A program made the translations under genes and the position numbers. Below, one piece after another: positions 28,614-39,095 of a stretch of 64,000 bases of DNA. The stretch is from Saprospiraceae bacterium. GTDB taxonomy: Bacteria > Bacteroidota > Bacteroidia > Chitinophagales > Saprospiraceae. The notes beneath the pieces were generated by a model, which was not told the origin of the DNA, did not search any database, and saw only the letters and a list, made by a program, of their open reading frames with translations. How positions within the stretch are numbered: the first letter of the stretch is position 1; each line of letters opens with the position of its first letter. The DNA is taken from positions 5,952 through 69,951 of the forward strand of contig JAHDDO010000012.1 of the NCBI GenBank assembly GCA_020629315.1, read 5' to 3'.

Positions 28614-30866
28614 TCAATGGGAATTTATAGTTTCTAAAATACCATTTCTATCAAGTACCACCTCCGCATCGCTGAAGCCTCTATTCAGGGCTTTGATCTT
28701 AGCACCATTCGCTTCTTCAAAAGAAGAATATCCACTAAGAACGAAGATGGTCCAGTCTCTTTTAGACCACTGCTCAATCATACCTAAATCCTTAACCCGA
28801 TTTACATCAAACCAAATTGGATCTTCATATGCAGCCAGTCTTACTTTATATTGATTTCCTGTAGAATATCCTGTATTGTAATTAGATCCATAGTCAACAT
28901 TACTTTGTCCATTGGACACCATTAGCTCTAGACCTGCGCTATTCATTGCCTCCTGAGTAATGAATGCATCCGTAAATCCTAAATCTTTCACTTGATTCAA
29001 GATTTGCGCTGCTTGACCTGCATCATGGAAATAGCCTAATTTTATTTTAGTTACATCTGGACTAGTCGTTTTATATATGTTACCATACTGGACTAAACCT
29101 TTAAATGGCAATATGGTCCCTTTTGAACTATATAGAGCCGCTAGTTGGATAAAGTATACCCTATTAGGGTTTGTAATGACTTCTCCGTACGCTACTTTTC
29201 TTATGCCCGCCATTGACTCCAATACTGTACTAAAAGAAGTGCCATAAGAGTTATTAGCTTCATTAATGTCTTCCAATGAAACAGCAGGAGGTGGTACACT
29301 CATCTCTTCAGAAATATTCACAGACCTAACACTACTAGATTCGGTACTTGCATTTTGCACTTCCTCTATCGACTTAACTTCAATATCGGAACGAGTCTCA
29401 CTATCCGATGACTTTTGATTTAATATAGAAGTATTATCCTCAGTTGTTGGATTACTGACCAATGTAACTGGATTAGCAGTCACTTCATCTTTGGCTTGGT
29501 CACTAAGTAATTCATCGAGGTTAATGGCTTGTGGTATACTAGGATCCAATGCTGGCTCAGACGTCACAGGAGGTGCTAAAACGATTACCTCGTGTTCTAC
29601 TACTTTAACACCCATATATATGTCATGTTGGCCTCTTCCTCCGAGTCTATTAGACGTGAAATACAATGAATTGGCTTCCTGATCAAATGCTGGGTAAAAA
29701 TCATCCTCTGGGGAATTAATACCATTACCTAGATTGCTTGGGTAGTCCCATTCTCCTTGAAATACTTCACTAGAAAATATATCAAAACCGCCCATACCAT
29801 GGTGGTAATCTGAAGCAAAATATAATTTAGCTTCTTCTAAAAATGGTGTAATCTCGTTGCCTTCTGTATTTATACGCTCACCTAAGTTTTCTGGATATGA
29901 CCAGATGCCTTCTTTAAAATAACTTACGTAAATATCATAGCCACCAAAACCGCCAGGTCTATTGCTCGCAAAATACATGGCTTTGCCCTCATAGTTTAAG
30001 GTAGGAAATCCTGTAGAGTAGCCTATTTCATTATATTCAAATGCCTCCTCATCTATCATACTACCATCTGGAGCAACATTAGCTATATAAATGTGCATGT
30101 CTTGATCATCCGCAAAAATTTCCATTCCTGCATGCGTATAATTGTTCTTAGTGTAAGCACATTTATTTTTTGACTTTGCATACGAAATCGCACCTATATT
30201 GTAAGTCTCCTTTTCGTCTGGTAGCAAATAATTTACATTAGACGTTTTGCCCTCTCTACCCTTTTTTGCTTTAAATAGTTGACTTCCTTTTTTATTGATT
30301 TTATTACCATCATTTCTATCATAATCTCGAAGGAAATCAGTTCTAAATGAGGCAAAAATCACCTCATCACCGAAAAAACCAACACCATAATCAGCTTCAT
30401 CAGAACTAGGCTTGTATAAAGAAATTCTAAATCGTTCGTCCTCAGCAAGAAGCACTTTAGCATAATCACAACTTAAGGTCAAATGTTCTCCTAATGCTGC
30501 ATCATATTGTTGATACTTAGCAAAATTCACTTGAGCTTTTTCATATTGGCCCATTTTCTTCAGAACATTACCATAATTAATAAAGTATTCTTGAGGTACG
30601 TTATCCGCTGTTTCTAATTGGCTGTACCATATTGCTGCATCAATACTGTTGTTTTGATGGCGATAGGCTTCAGCAATCATATACTTGCACTCATTGCAAT
30701 TAGGATTTAACTCAAGCTCTTTTTTGAAGTTTTCTATTGAAAGATCGTAGGCTTTGAGGTCAAATTGTTTCTGTCCTTTTGTATACAGTGTCTGACTAGA
30801 AACTGTATTATACAGTGTAGTCACGGCAAGTAAACAGATGGTTATTCGTAGCAGCCTTACATTCAT
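28614..30866 (-). CDS. Periplasmic/envelope protein with N-terminal TPR repeats, TolB-like PD40 beta-propeller repeats and two C-terminal SPOR-like domains
   Basis: Signal peptide present. TPR-like AEAYRHQNNSIDAAIWY..MGQYEKAQVNFAKY. PD40-like SNRPGGFGGYDIYVSY and SNRLGGRGQHDIYMG. C-terminal YFIQLAALYS...GYFHDAGQAAQIL and YKVRLAAYED...GYSSFEEANGAK. Confidence 0.65.
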   Translation of the reverse strand: MNVRLLRITICLLAVTTLYNTVSSQTLYTKGQKQFDLKAYDLSIENFKKELELNPNCNECKYMIAEAYRHQNNSIDAAIWYSQLETADNVPQEYFINYGNVLKKMGQYEKAQVNFAKYQQYDAALGEHLTLSCDYAKVLLAEDERFRISLYKPSSDEADYGVGFFGDEVIFASFRTDFLRDYDRNDGNKINKKGSQLFKAKKGREGKTSNVNYLLPDEKETYNIGAISYAKSKNKCAYTKNNYTHAGMEIFADDQDMHIYIANVAPDGSMIDEEAFEYNEIGYSTGFPTLNYEGKAMYFASNRPGGFGGYDIYVSYFKEGIWSYPENLGERINTEGNEITPFLEEAKLYFASDYHHGMGGFDIFSSEVFQGEWDYPSNLGNGINSPEDDFYPAFDQEANSLYFTSNRLGGRGQHDIYMGVKVVEHEVIVLAPPVTSEPALDPSIPQAINLDELLSDQAKDEVTANPVTLVSNPTTEDNTSILNQKSSDSETRSDIEVKSIEEVQNASTESSSVRSVNISEEMSVPPPAVSLEDINEANNSYGTSFSTVLESMAGIRKVAYGEVITNPNRVYFIQLAALYSSKGTILPFKGLVQYGNIYKTTSPDVTKIKLGYFHDAGQAAQILNQVKDLGFTDAFITQEAMNSAGLELMVSNGQSNVDYGSNYNTGYSTGNQYKVRLAAYEDPIWFDVNRVKDLGMIEQWSKRDWTIFVLSGYSSFEEANGAKIKALNRGFSDAEVVLDRNGILETINSH

Positions 30867-30997
30867 GTTTTGAATAATTTTACGATAAATAAAAAATTAT
30901 TCTAATATCAAAACGGTTGGTAATACAGGCCAAATATATATATAAAATTTTATATATAAAAAATTATTAATATAAATAAATAGTTCAAGTCCCTCCC

Positions 30998-31969
30998 TTA
31001 GTCCTCAAACTTCCATAGCATGTAAACAGTAATTCCTCCTATCAGTGCACAAATAATGCAGTAAAATAACATTGGATCAGAAAAATAGTCAGCCGGTAAT
31101 ACTAATTGCTCCTTCAGAACTTTAATATTCTCATTTTGATATATTTCGTCACTTATGCCAAACTCACCGTTGTCCAATGTGATTCCTTCTTCTTTCTTCA
31201 AGATGCGAGTTGGAATCCGCCAAGGCCATATTTTAATTAAGGAACCAAGCATAAATCCAGCCATCAAGCTCAATGTACTGTCTCTATAATGCTTGAAGGT
31301 CCATGATAAGATCCTAGAAAATAATGCTAAACCCAATATACAGCCAAGCCCAAAAAGTGCTACTATAGATAAAGAAGCCATATCAAAACTAGTTAGCAGA
31401 CTCTTAACAGCAGGAATGACTATCGTATACATACCCATCAATAAGAGAATAAAACTGCCCGAAATCCCTGGCAATATCAAGGCACATATAGCAATCGATC
31501 CAGCAAGAATTATATATATTGGATTTTCACTTCCTGAAGCAGGACTAATAAAACTAATATATCCGGCAATACAAGTTCCAACAAAAAAATATATATAATA
31601 CTGCCATTGTAATTTTGGAATCTGGGATAAGATGTAAAAAACAGACACGAAGATTAATCCAAAAAAGAACGACCATAAAAGCAATGGGTACGCTTCCATA
31701 ATATAGCTAACTCCAAATATCCCCACACCAACACCTAGACCCATTCCTAAAATCAAGAAAAACAAAAAAGTAATATCGATCTTTTGCCGCAGTGCATCCC
31801 ATTGACCTGAAAATATAAGCCTTAGTAGCTCAACATCAAGCGATTTAATACTGTGTAATAGCTTTTCATAAATACCGGTGATAAAAGCAATGGTACCTCC
31901 AGAAACGCCTGGAATTACCTCCGCTAATCCCATAGCCATTCCTTTCAATATTGTAGGTAACATTTTCAT
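30998..31969 (-). CDS. DUF368-family integral membrane protein
   Basis: N-terminal GLAEVIPGVSGGTIAFITGIYEKLL and a second PGISGSFILLLMG repeat. Polytopic membrane profile. Confidence 0.8.
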   Translation of the reverse strand: MKMLPTILKGMAMGLAEVIPGVSGGTIAFITGIYEKLLHSIKSLDVELLRLIFSGQWDALRQKIDITFLFFLILGMGLGVGVGIFGVSYIMEAYPLLLWSFFFGLIFVSVFYILSQIPKLQWQYYIYFFVGTCIAGYISFISPASGSENPIYIILAGSIAICALILPGISGSFILLLMGMYTIVIPAVKSLLTSFDMASLSIVALFGLGCILGLALFSRILSWTFKHYRDSTLSLMAGFMLGSLIKIWPWRIPTRILKKEEGITLDNGEFGISDEIYQNENIKVLKEQLVLPADYFSDPMLFYCIICALIGGITVYMLWKFED

Positions 31970-33162
31970 TCTTGTTGATGATTTCGCCCCATAATATCCC
32001 CACTATTGAATAATCTATTCAGTTTAGTTTTATTCTGCTCCTCTTCCTCCGATAGTACATACTTATCATCAATAGACATATTTGGTTGACCCGCGTCAAT
32101 CCAAGCCGAAAACCAAACGGAGCCTATACTTAAAATGGCATCTCGCATTCGCTTTTCTACCATGCCGTCTAATGCCGTATGATACGCAGAAGCGTACGGT
32201 TCACATTGCGTACGAATGGTCCGTTCTAAACGCTCTTCAAAACAATACTGTTGGTCCTGAGGAAAGTCTTGACTCAAAGACTTCTCAAAGGCCAGTACAT
32301 CTTCTAACAAGGCATGGCTTTCTAAAACAACATCCCAAAAGTAATTAGCTGGATCTTGTATGTATTCTGCTTTACCTACAAAGAAATCATATTCTTCCTC
32401 TGCGAATAACTCCGGTAGTCTACTTTCCCAAAATCCATGTATCCCTATTTGATCTGTTAACTGACCATTATAATTCTCCGTTGTGTGCAAAGGAACATGA
32501 GCGTCACCAATATAATGCCCTATTTCAGCCGAAAGACGTAATACCTTGGCTTGATCTTTAGAGTAGAATGCATCTACCAGTTTATCATAGTACTGCTTCA
32601 GATGATAAGGCAAAATACCATATTCTGAAAATTGGTCAATAAAAGTAAATCGTTCACCAGGCAAATGGAACGTACCTCCAGAACTTTTCTTCAGTTGATT
32701 TTTATCCAGTTCAATGTTATCCTCGTAATATAATGGGCCTATATTTTCATAAAACAATGCATAAAGCGAATCACACACTTCCCTATTAATCTGACTTTCA
32801 GAAAAATTATTCCAGCAATCTAATTGTAAGGTGTCCCCTGTTTCATTAATAAACAGCCCATATTTTAAAATAACCTCATGCCAGGTTTTAGGAATGTTAT
32901 CAAACGGATAGCTGCCCCAATGATCGGCATCTATATAATGCCTTACTGCTTCATGCTTAGTTGCATAGCGTCTTTTATCGGGGTCCACAGCGTGTTCCGT
33001 AATATATTCTAAATTGACTTTATAGAAACTAATTAGAGGGGCCGGAAGGGTGAACACCGCTTTCCGGTTAATAATTCTGTGACCATAAAACCCCCACTCA
33101 GGTGCTACGAATACAAAACTAGAGAGTATTAGTAGTAGCCCGAATAGTGAGATGGATTTCAT
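31966..33162 (-). CDS. Zinc-dependent phospholipase C / S1-P1 nuclease superfamily protein (secreted)
   Basis: The mature N-terminus after the signal peptide is WGFYGHRIINRKAV. The metal-site-like motif is HYIGDAHVPLHTTENY. Confidence 0.6.
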   Translation of the reverse strand: MKSISLFGLLLILSSFVFVAPEWGFYGHRIINRKAVFTLPAPLISFYKVNLEYITEHAVDPDKRRYATKHEAVRHYIDADHWGSYPFDNIPKTWHEVILKYGLFINETGDTLQLDCWNNFSESQINREVCDSLYALFYENIGPLYYEDNIELDKNQLKKSSGGTFHLPGERFTFIDQFSEYGILPYHLKQYYDKLVDAFYSKDQAKVLRLSAEIGHYIGDAHVPLHTTENYNGQLTDQIGIHGFWESRLPELFAEEEYDFFVGKAEYIQDPANYFWDVVLESHALLEDVLAFEKSLSQDFPQDQQYCFEERLERTIRTQCEPYASAYHTALDGMVEKRMRDAILSIGSVWFSAWIDAGQPNMSIDDKYVLSEEEEQNKTKLNRLFNSGDIMGRNHQQE

Positions 33163-33165
33163 ATG

Positions 33166-34185
33166 CTAATTAAAAAAGTAATTATAGGGTCGCAAAATAT
33201 GTACAATCTGCCTTTTCTGCAATAAATAATTATCCCGCCAGTTCGTTTCTACAAAAAATCGCTCTACTGCATGCACCTCATCAACACTTCTTGTATCCAC
33301 ACTGCCGTCTAAAAAATCAATCATTGGCCTTAATGAAAGCATTTTCTTTTGACCATCTTTTGTAATAACATGTACTACACAAAATGGAACTACAGAATTA
33401 ATTGAATCTATTCTCGGGTTCTCTGTTTCTATACTTTCTGAAGGGATTGATTTAAATTCTGAAAGGAAGGCGTTGATGGCTCTTTCATTAATTGGATTCA
33501 CATTCGGCTCAACACCATCTAGAATGGGAAGAACCTCCCAAGGTCCCTGTTCCCTCGTCAATATAAATGAATGGTCTCTTTGCTTTGGATAATCCACACT
33601 CACTGTCATTATATCATTTATGGACTGCTCCATAATATACTTATCTCGAAGATCCATCAGTTTATATTGAAACCGTTTTCGAATTGAACCTTCTGAATAA
33701 GGGAAATGCATAGCATATGCTTTTTCTTTGCCTTTAACTTTGAAGAAAGTAGCTAGTTCATCCTTTGCATTACCTCCAACAATAAAATCTCTAAGTTTTA
33801 CACCACTTTTATCATACACTTGTACTTCTATACCATCTCTGTCCATTTGCTTAGCAATGACTTCTTGAGCAGCCTGTGGAGGAATATATCGAATATCAAT
33901 TTTGGTAAGTGCTTCTAAAACCCGCACCATGATATGTCTATCTGCTTTGAAGTATTCATTAAAAATCCAACTGTCATCAGATTGCCGAATCATTGTATAT
34001 TTTGGAGCCGTCGTGGATGTAATGACTATTTTATGAATATCTTCTTCATTCTCTATGGCAAATGTTCGATCAGATAGATCCATGCCACTGGTTGCTTGTT
34101 TATTAACATCATTTGCATCTGATGTATAATAATATAAAGCTCCAGCTAGCAATAAAACCAATAATAACAATACAATTCTTTTCAT
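33166..34185 (-). CDS. DUF4340-like protein (N-terminal anchor, commonly encoded after gldG)
   Basis: N-terminal helix IVLLLLVLLLAGALYYY and position immediately downstream of gldG. The assignment rests on context and general resemblance only. Confidence 0.5.
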   Translation of the reverse strand: MKRIVLLLLVLLLAGALYYYTSDANDVNKQATSGMDLSDRTFAIENEEDIHKIVITSTTAPKYTMIRQSDDSWIFNEYFKADRHIMVRVLEALTKIDIRYIPPQAAQEVIAKQMDRDGIEVQVYDKSGVKLRDFIVGGNAKDELATFFKVKGKEKAYAMHFPYSEGSIRKRFQYKLMDLRDKYIMEQSINDIMTVSVDYPKQRDHSFILTREQGPWEVLPILDGVEPNVNPINERAINAFLSEFKSIPSESIETENPRIDSINSVVPFCVVHVITKDGQKKMLSLRPMIDFLDGSVDTRSVDEVHAVERFFVETNWRDNYLLQKRQIVHILRPYNYFFN

Positions 34186-34212
34186 AAAATTCCATTTAGA
34201 CGCTTAACTCAA

Positions 34213-35910
34213 TCATGTGTATTTCCTTTTACGAATAAAATTGAAAGCAATACCAAAAACTAACAAAAGTAAAATTGGGAGAACCACATTGATAAATTGC
34301 CATTTCGTTTTTTCAGACTCAATTTTTCCTTGATCAAGTAGTCTCAATTTCACATCTTTTGATCTAGCTTCTAATAAACCATAATCATCCAGAAGATATT
34401 CTATAGCGTTTATGATTAGATTTTTATTTCCTGGGTATACTCTTTCTTCCCATTTATTATAACCTATATCGCTTATACGACCTTTTTCACGATCATATAG
34501 ATTCTTTATAAAGTCTCCATCACTAATGAAGATTTGTTGGGTATTTATACTGCTTTCTTTATACTCAACTCCAATTGATGCCAACCCATCTAACATGGCT
34601 TTAGGCACTCGATTTTTGAAATGACTTACAAATTCGCCTTCAGCTAATAATGCAATAGCTTGGCTTCCCTTATTGAATTTTGACAAATCTTCATCAACTT
34701 GTAAAATATCAAAACCAATTCTCATAGGATATACCTGGAATCTTGAATAATTAGATGACGAAGCTAGCACTGTTCTTGATAATGGCTGCTTCGTTTTTAA
34801 GGTATCTAAGGTCGAAGGGAATATAAAATTAGTGAGACCAATATTCTTCGATATAGGATGATTTGGGTTTCCTTCGGCAAGTGGATGATAATACCATTTG
34901 AAAAGTGCCGTTTGAGGTTTGTCTCCTGACACGCCAATAACCTGGGGAATTTTACTGGCTTCGGCATCCAGAATTAAATTGGGCTTAATTCTAACGCCAT
35001 AACTAAATAATTGATCATCAAGTCCGTGTTCGATTTCTCTCGGAACATATTGGCCATATTTGGCAATACTGTCTAAGTTAATATCATACTTATCCAATAA
35101 CCAAATTACCTTTCCACCATTCATGATATACTGATCAATCTTGAATTGATCTTTTTCAGTATACCTTTCTTTTGGTTTAGCTATGACTACCAAATCAATT
35201 TCTGGGGTAATTTGGTAAATAGAGTCCAATTGTACTCTTCCTAAATCATAATAGATACCTAACTCTCTTTCTAGTCTACCGGTTTGATCTTTATTTAGCT
35301 CTCCCTGCCCCTCTACGAATACAATACTTTTCCGATCCCTTTGCAATAGTTTTTGGATGGCATTCGCCATTTTGTATTCTAAGAGATTGATAGAACGATT
35401 GATTACAAGCTCTTGGGAACTTCGTAGCGTTTGCTCTTCTAATAAATTGGCAGCGGTTTGGCGTGACCCGAAACTAAATATAGCATATGGGAAAATTAAC
35501 TTGTCAGTCCGCTGCCCTTGATCCATTACTGTTAATGTAGTAGCTAGAATGCCCTGAGATCTTAAATATTCTCTTCGTTCGTTAACTTCTGCTACGCTTC
35601 CTTCATTAGGATCTTCAAAAATGTATTCCACTCTTGGGTTTATAGACCTGAATTGTCTTAAAATATCAGCTGTAGATTCTTTAAGCCTTTCGAATTCAGC
35701 AGGAAAATCGCCATCCAATAATACTTTCACATAAATGGTTTGATCTATATCTGCAATCATGTCACGCGTTCCCTCACTTAGGGTATACTTCTTATCATCA
35801 GTTAGGTCTACATAAGCTGTAAATCGGTTAATAATACCGTTACTTACAATTAACAGCGTGGCAAGAATAAAGGTGATAATAATTACTTCAGCTCTTTTCC
35901 TCATGCCCAT
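34213..35910 (-). CDS. gldG: Gliding motility-associated ABC transporter auxiliary/substrate-binding component GldG
   Basis: About 565 aa with N- and C-terminal TM anchors (VIIITFILATLLIV; VLPILLLLVFGIAF). It follows, and overlaps, a GldF-like permease gene in a gldA-F-G arrangement. Confidence 0.75.
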   Translation of the reverse strand: MGMRKRAEVIIITFILATLLIVSNGIINRFTAYVDLTDDKKYTLSEGTRDMIADIDQTIYVKVLLDGDFPAEFERLKESTADILRQFRSINPRVEYIFEDPNEGSVAEVNERREYLRSQGILATTLTVMDQGQRTDKLIFPYAIFSFGSRQTAANLLEEQTLRSSQELVINRSINLLEYKMANAIQKLLQRDRKSIVFVEGQGELNKDQTGRLERELGIYYDLGRVQLDSIYQITPEIDLVVIAKPKERYTEKDQFKIDQYIMNGGKVIWLLDKYDINLDSIAKYGQYVPREIEHGLDDQLFSYGVRIKPNLILDAEASKIPQVIGVSGDKPQTALFKWYYHPLAEGNPNHPISKNIGLTNFIFPSTLDTLKTKQPLSRTVLASSSNYSRFQVYPMRIGFDILQVDEDLSKFNKGSQAIALLAEGEFVSHFKNRVPKAMLDGLASIGVEYKESSINTQQIFISDGDFIKNLYDREKGRISDIGYNKWEERVYPGNKNLIINAIEYLLDDYGLLEARSKDVKLRLLDQGKIESEKTKWQFINVVLPILLLLVFGIAFNFIRKRKYT

Positions 35911-36635
35911 TTGCGTTTAGATAAAGAAACAAGAGTGAGCCAATAGAAAAATCCAGCTAAACTGATGAAATAAAATAAGTCTCTATATTCAATTTTGCCT
36001 CTAGAAATAGATTGGTAATGATACTCCATACCTATCTTTTCTACTATGTGATCTGTAGTTCCAAAAAAGATGGGAAGTGAGCTTGCATAGCTAAACCCTA
36101 GATAAAAAATAAAGCACAAGAAAGCGCCTAAAATGAAGGATGAAATTTGATTTTGAGTTAAACTAGACGCAAATATGCTTATAGAAAGAAATACGATAGA
36201 TAAAAATATCAATCCCAAATAAGATCCAAAAACAGCACCTCCATCAATGTTGCCTTTTGGAAAACCGAGTTGATAAATACTTACGTAATAAATTATTGTT
36301 GGTAGTAAAGCAATCAACACTAAAGTCAGTCCGGCCAAAAACTTAGCAAAAATGATTTGCCAATCTTCAATGGGCTTTGTAAAAAGTAACTCTAATGTTC
36401 CTTTCTGTTTTTCTTCAGCAAAACTCCGCATAGTAACTGCAGGTATAATTAGAAGCAGGATCAAAGGTGCTATGGAGAATAAACTATCCATTGAAGCATA
36501 CCTATAATCCAGAACGCTAGTCTCTGTAAATACCCACATGAATAATCCAATAAATAAAAGAAACACGCCAATGACAAGATAACCAATCAATGAACTAAAA
36601 AATGACCGTATTTCCTTTAAATAAATACTAATCAT
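35901..36635 (-). CDS. gldF: Gliding motility-associated ABC transporter permease GldF
   Basis: N-terminus MISIYLKEIRSFFSSLIGYLVIGVFLLFIGLFMWVF is typical of GldF/ABC-2 permeases. Six-TM profile. Overlaps gldA (8 nt) and gldG (10 nt). Confidence 0.75.
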   Translation of the reverse strand: MISIYLKEIRSFFSSLIGYLVIGVFLLFIGLFMWVFTETSVLDYRYASMDSLFSIAPLILLLIIPAVTMRSFAEEKQKGTLELLFTKPIEDWQIIFAKFLAGLTLVLIALLPTIIYYVSIYQLGFPKGNIDGGAVFGSYLGLIFLSIVFLSISIFASSLTQNQISSFILGAFLCFIFYLGFSYASSLPIFFGTTDHIVEKIGMEYHYQSISRGKIEYRDLFYFISLAGFFYWLTLVSLSKRKWA

Positions 36636-37545
36636 TTTCAGACTTTGTAAGTTCTTGAAAAATATGCTCTACAGATGCTGAGCTGGAATTAAGAGCCAGC
36701 ATCCTATTACCGTGTTGCACTGCAAGGTCAAATAATTGAGCGCGAACATCCACATCGCTTTGAACCGAAAGCTCATAAACTCCTTCTTTTACTTTACGGA
36801 TATCCTGGACGCCTTCAATCAATGAAAATTCTTTTTCATTGATTACGCTTTCGTATTCGACTGTAACTTTTTGAATCCCTTTTACCCGTTGAGATAGCAG
36901 ACTAATTGGGTCATCTGCCACTAATTTTCCTTGGTTTATTATTATAACTCTATCGCAAAGCGCTTCTACCTCTTGCATAATATGTGAAGAAAATATGACG
37001 ATCTTGTCTTTGCCTAATGAACGGATCAGCTCTCGAATTTCAACTAATTGATTGGGATCTAATCCAGAAGTAGGCTCATCTAAAATCAGAACATTGGGAT
37101 TGTGGATGATCGCTTGCGCCAAGCCTACTCTTTGCCGATACCCTTTGGATAAACTTTCAATCTTTTTATTCTGTTCTTTGCTTAGTCCTGTTATATCAAT
37201 CAGTTCTTCAACTCTTTTGTGAATCTGGGGTACCTTATGAATTCTAGCTATAGTTCTAAGATACTCTTTGACATACATGTCTGTATATAATGGGTTATGT
37301 TCAGGCAGATAGCCCAATTCATGCTTGACTTTCTGCGCTTCTTTTGTTACATCATAGCCCATGACTTCAGCATAGCCTTTTGTTTGTGGGATAAAGCAAG
37401 ACAAAATTTTCATTGTTGTCGTTTTGCCTGCTCCATTTGGGCCTAAAAAACCTAAAATCTGACCTTTCTCTACAGAAAAGCTGATATCATCTAGCGCCCT
37501 TTGTTCGCCATAGATTTTAGTGATATTTTTTACTAGGATAGACAC
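36628..37545 (-). CDS. gldA: Gliding motility-associated ABC transporter ATP-binding protein GldA
   Basis: Walker A GPNGAGKTTT, signature LSKGYRQRV, Walker B LILDEPTSGLD. Context is directly upstream of gldF/gldG. Confidence 0.8.
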   Translation of the reverse strand: MSILVKNITKIYGEQRALDDISFSVEKGQILGFLGPNGAGKTTTMKILSCFIPQTKGYAEVMGYDVTKEAQKVKHELGYLPEHNPLYTDMYVKEYLRTIARIHKVPQIHKRVEELIDITGLSKEQNKKIESLSKGYRQRVGLAQAIIHNPNVLILDEPTSGLDPNQLVEIRELIRSLGKDKIVIFSSHIMQEVEALCDRVIIINQGKLVADDPISLLSQRVKGIQKVTVEYESVINEKEFSLIEGVQDIRKVKEGVYELSVQSDVDVRAQLFDLAVQHGNRMLALNSSSASVEHIFQELTKSEND

Positions 37546-37546
37546 C

Positions 37547-38302
37547 TTATTCTTTATCCTTGATCCGAAGCTCTATATTTTCAATTAAAGAATCCAATTC
37601 CACTGCCTCTTTTAAATCCAGTTGTCCTGAAGACGTTCTTCTAAGGTCATATAGGTAAGCACCTATGCCTAACTTTTTTCCAATGTCATTGGCCAAGGTT
37701 CTAATATAGGTACCCTTCGAACAACTAACCTTTATAGTTACTAAAGGCAATTCTATAGATTCGATATCCAACTCGTAAATTTCAATGACCCTAGGACTTA
37801 TCTCTACCTCTTTGCCTTTACGAGCTAACTTATAAAGAGGTACACCATTTTTCTTTATCGCAGAAAACATAGGTGGAAGTTGCATTTGAGGTCCTCGGAA
37901 TGTTTCTATCGTTTGTACGATGACATCTGGATCTAGATTATCAAGGTCCTGTATATTCTCTTCCGGATGTTCTCTATCAAAACTTTTAGTTGTCGCACCT
38001 AATTTAATAGTCGCTGTATAACTTTTAGACTCATTTTGAAACTGACTGATTAACTTCGTATTCTTGCCCGTACAAAGCACTAATAAGCCGGTAGCTAGGG
38101 GGTCCAATGTCCCTGCATGTCCTACCTTGAAATTTCGAGTATCATACAATCTTCGTAACCTGTTTCGTACTTTATTAACGACATCAAACGAAGTCCACTC
38201 TCTAGGTTTATCTACTAGAATCGTAGCTCCTTTTTGAAAATCAATATTGCTACAGTCAGTTGTATTTCTGACGAAAATAATATCCTGCATATATCGGCTC
38301 AA
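37547..38302 (-). CDS. truB: tRNA pseudouridine(55) synthase
   Basis: Catalytic motif GHAGTLDPLATGLLVLCTG and C-terminal KGTYIRTLANDIG. Confidence 0.95.
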   Translation of the reverse strand: MSRYMQDIIFVRNTTDCSNIDFQKGATILVDKPREWTSFDVVNKVRNRLRRLYDTRNFKVGHAGTLDPLATGLLVLCTGKNTKLISQFQNESKSYTATIKLGATTKSFDREHPEENIQDLDNLDPDVIVQTIETFRGPQMQLPPMFSAIKKNGVPLYKLARKGKEVEISPRVIEIYELDIESIELPLVTIKVSCSKGTYIRTLANDIGKKLGIGAYLYDLRRTSSGQLDLKEAVELDSLIENIELRIKDKE

Positions 38303-39090
38303 AACCTAAATGTGTGAAAAATAATCGCGAAGATAGCGATAGTAAAACAGTAAAAAGTAAAATATCTCAGTTTCGCTTTTTTAACCAAAGAAACCATAAA
38401 TCCACAAGCTAACAAGCCAGATATAAAGGCGGCAATGAAACCTATTACATAATATCCAAGGTTCTGGGAAACCATATCTGCAGCTGTACCATCCAGTAAG
38501 TCCTTACATAGCTTACCTAAAATCAATGGAACCACCATTAAAAACGAAAAACGTGCGGCAGACTCTCTCTCGATCCCTAATAGAACGGAGGTTGCAATAG
38601 TGGAACCCGATCGAGATACACCTGGAATTAATGCGAACGCTTGAGCCAGTCCGATTAAGAAACCTGAGCTAAGCGTTAGAGGATTACCATCAGCTTTAGC
38701 TTTATCAGCTATCCAAAGGAGAACACCCGTAACGCACAGCATGGCAGCTATAAGAATAATTGAGCTTGAAAAGATAGATGTTATTACATCATCGAAAAAC
38801 AAGCCAATCAAGCCAGCTGGAATCATAGAAACAAGTATAATAAGTATGTACTTTCTATTATGCTGGTGTCTTACATCAAATAAACTAGCCACTTCCTTCC
38901 TAAAAAATAATACCGTGCTTAATGCTGTCGCAAAGTGAAGCACTATGCTCATATACATACTTTGTTCTTGGAATCGATCATCACCAAAAAAATATTTAGC
39001 AAGTTCTAAATGACCAGAACTACTTACCGGCAAAAATTCCGTAAGACCTTGAATGAGACCTAGAATCGCCGCTTCCAACCACGCGGGCAT
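38299..39090 (-). CDS. uppP: Undecaprenyl-diphosphate phosphatase
   Basis: GLTEFLPVSSSGHL and PGVSRSGSTI motifs. Polytopic membrane protein. Confidence 0.95.
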   Translation of the reverse strand: MPAWLEAAILGLIQGLTEFLPVSSSGHLELAKYFFGDDRFQEQSMYMSIVLHFATALSTVLFFRKEVASLFDVRHQHNRKYILIILVSMIPAGLIGLFFDDVITSIFSSSIILIAAMLCVTGVLLWIADKAKADGNPLTLSSGFLIGLAQAFALIPGVSRSGSTIATSVLLGIERESAARFSFLMVVPLILGKLCKDLLDGTAADMVSQNLGYYVIGFIAAFISGLLACGFMVSLVKKAKLRYFTFYCFTIAIFAIIFHTFRF

Positions 39091-39095
39091 ATCTT

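Noticed and set aside
30937-30958. Perfect 22-nt palindrome TATATATAAAATTTTATATATA between the DUF368 stop and the start of the TPR/PD40 gene.
   Set aside because: It is composed purely of A/T within an AT-rich spacer. Palindromes of this kind arise easily by chance or slippage. No flanking stem extension, U-tract or repeated copy supports an operator or terminator role.
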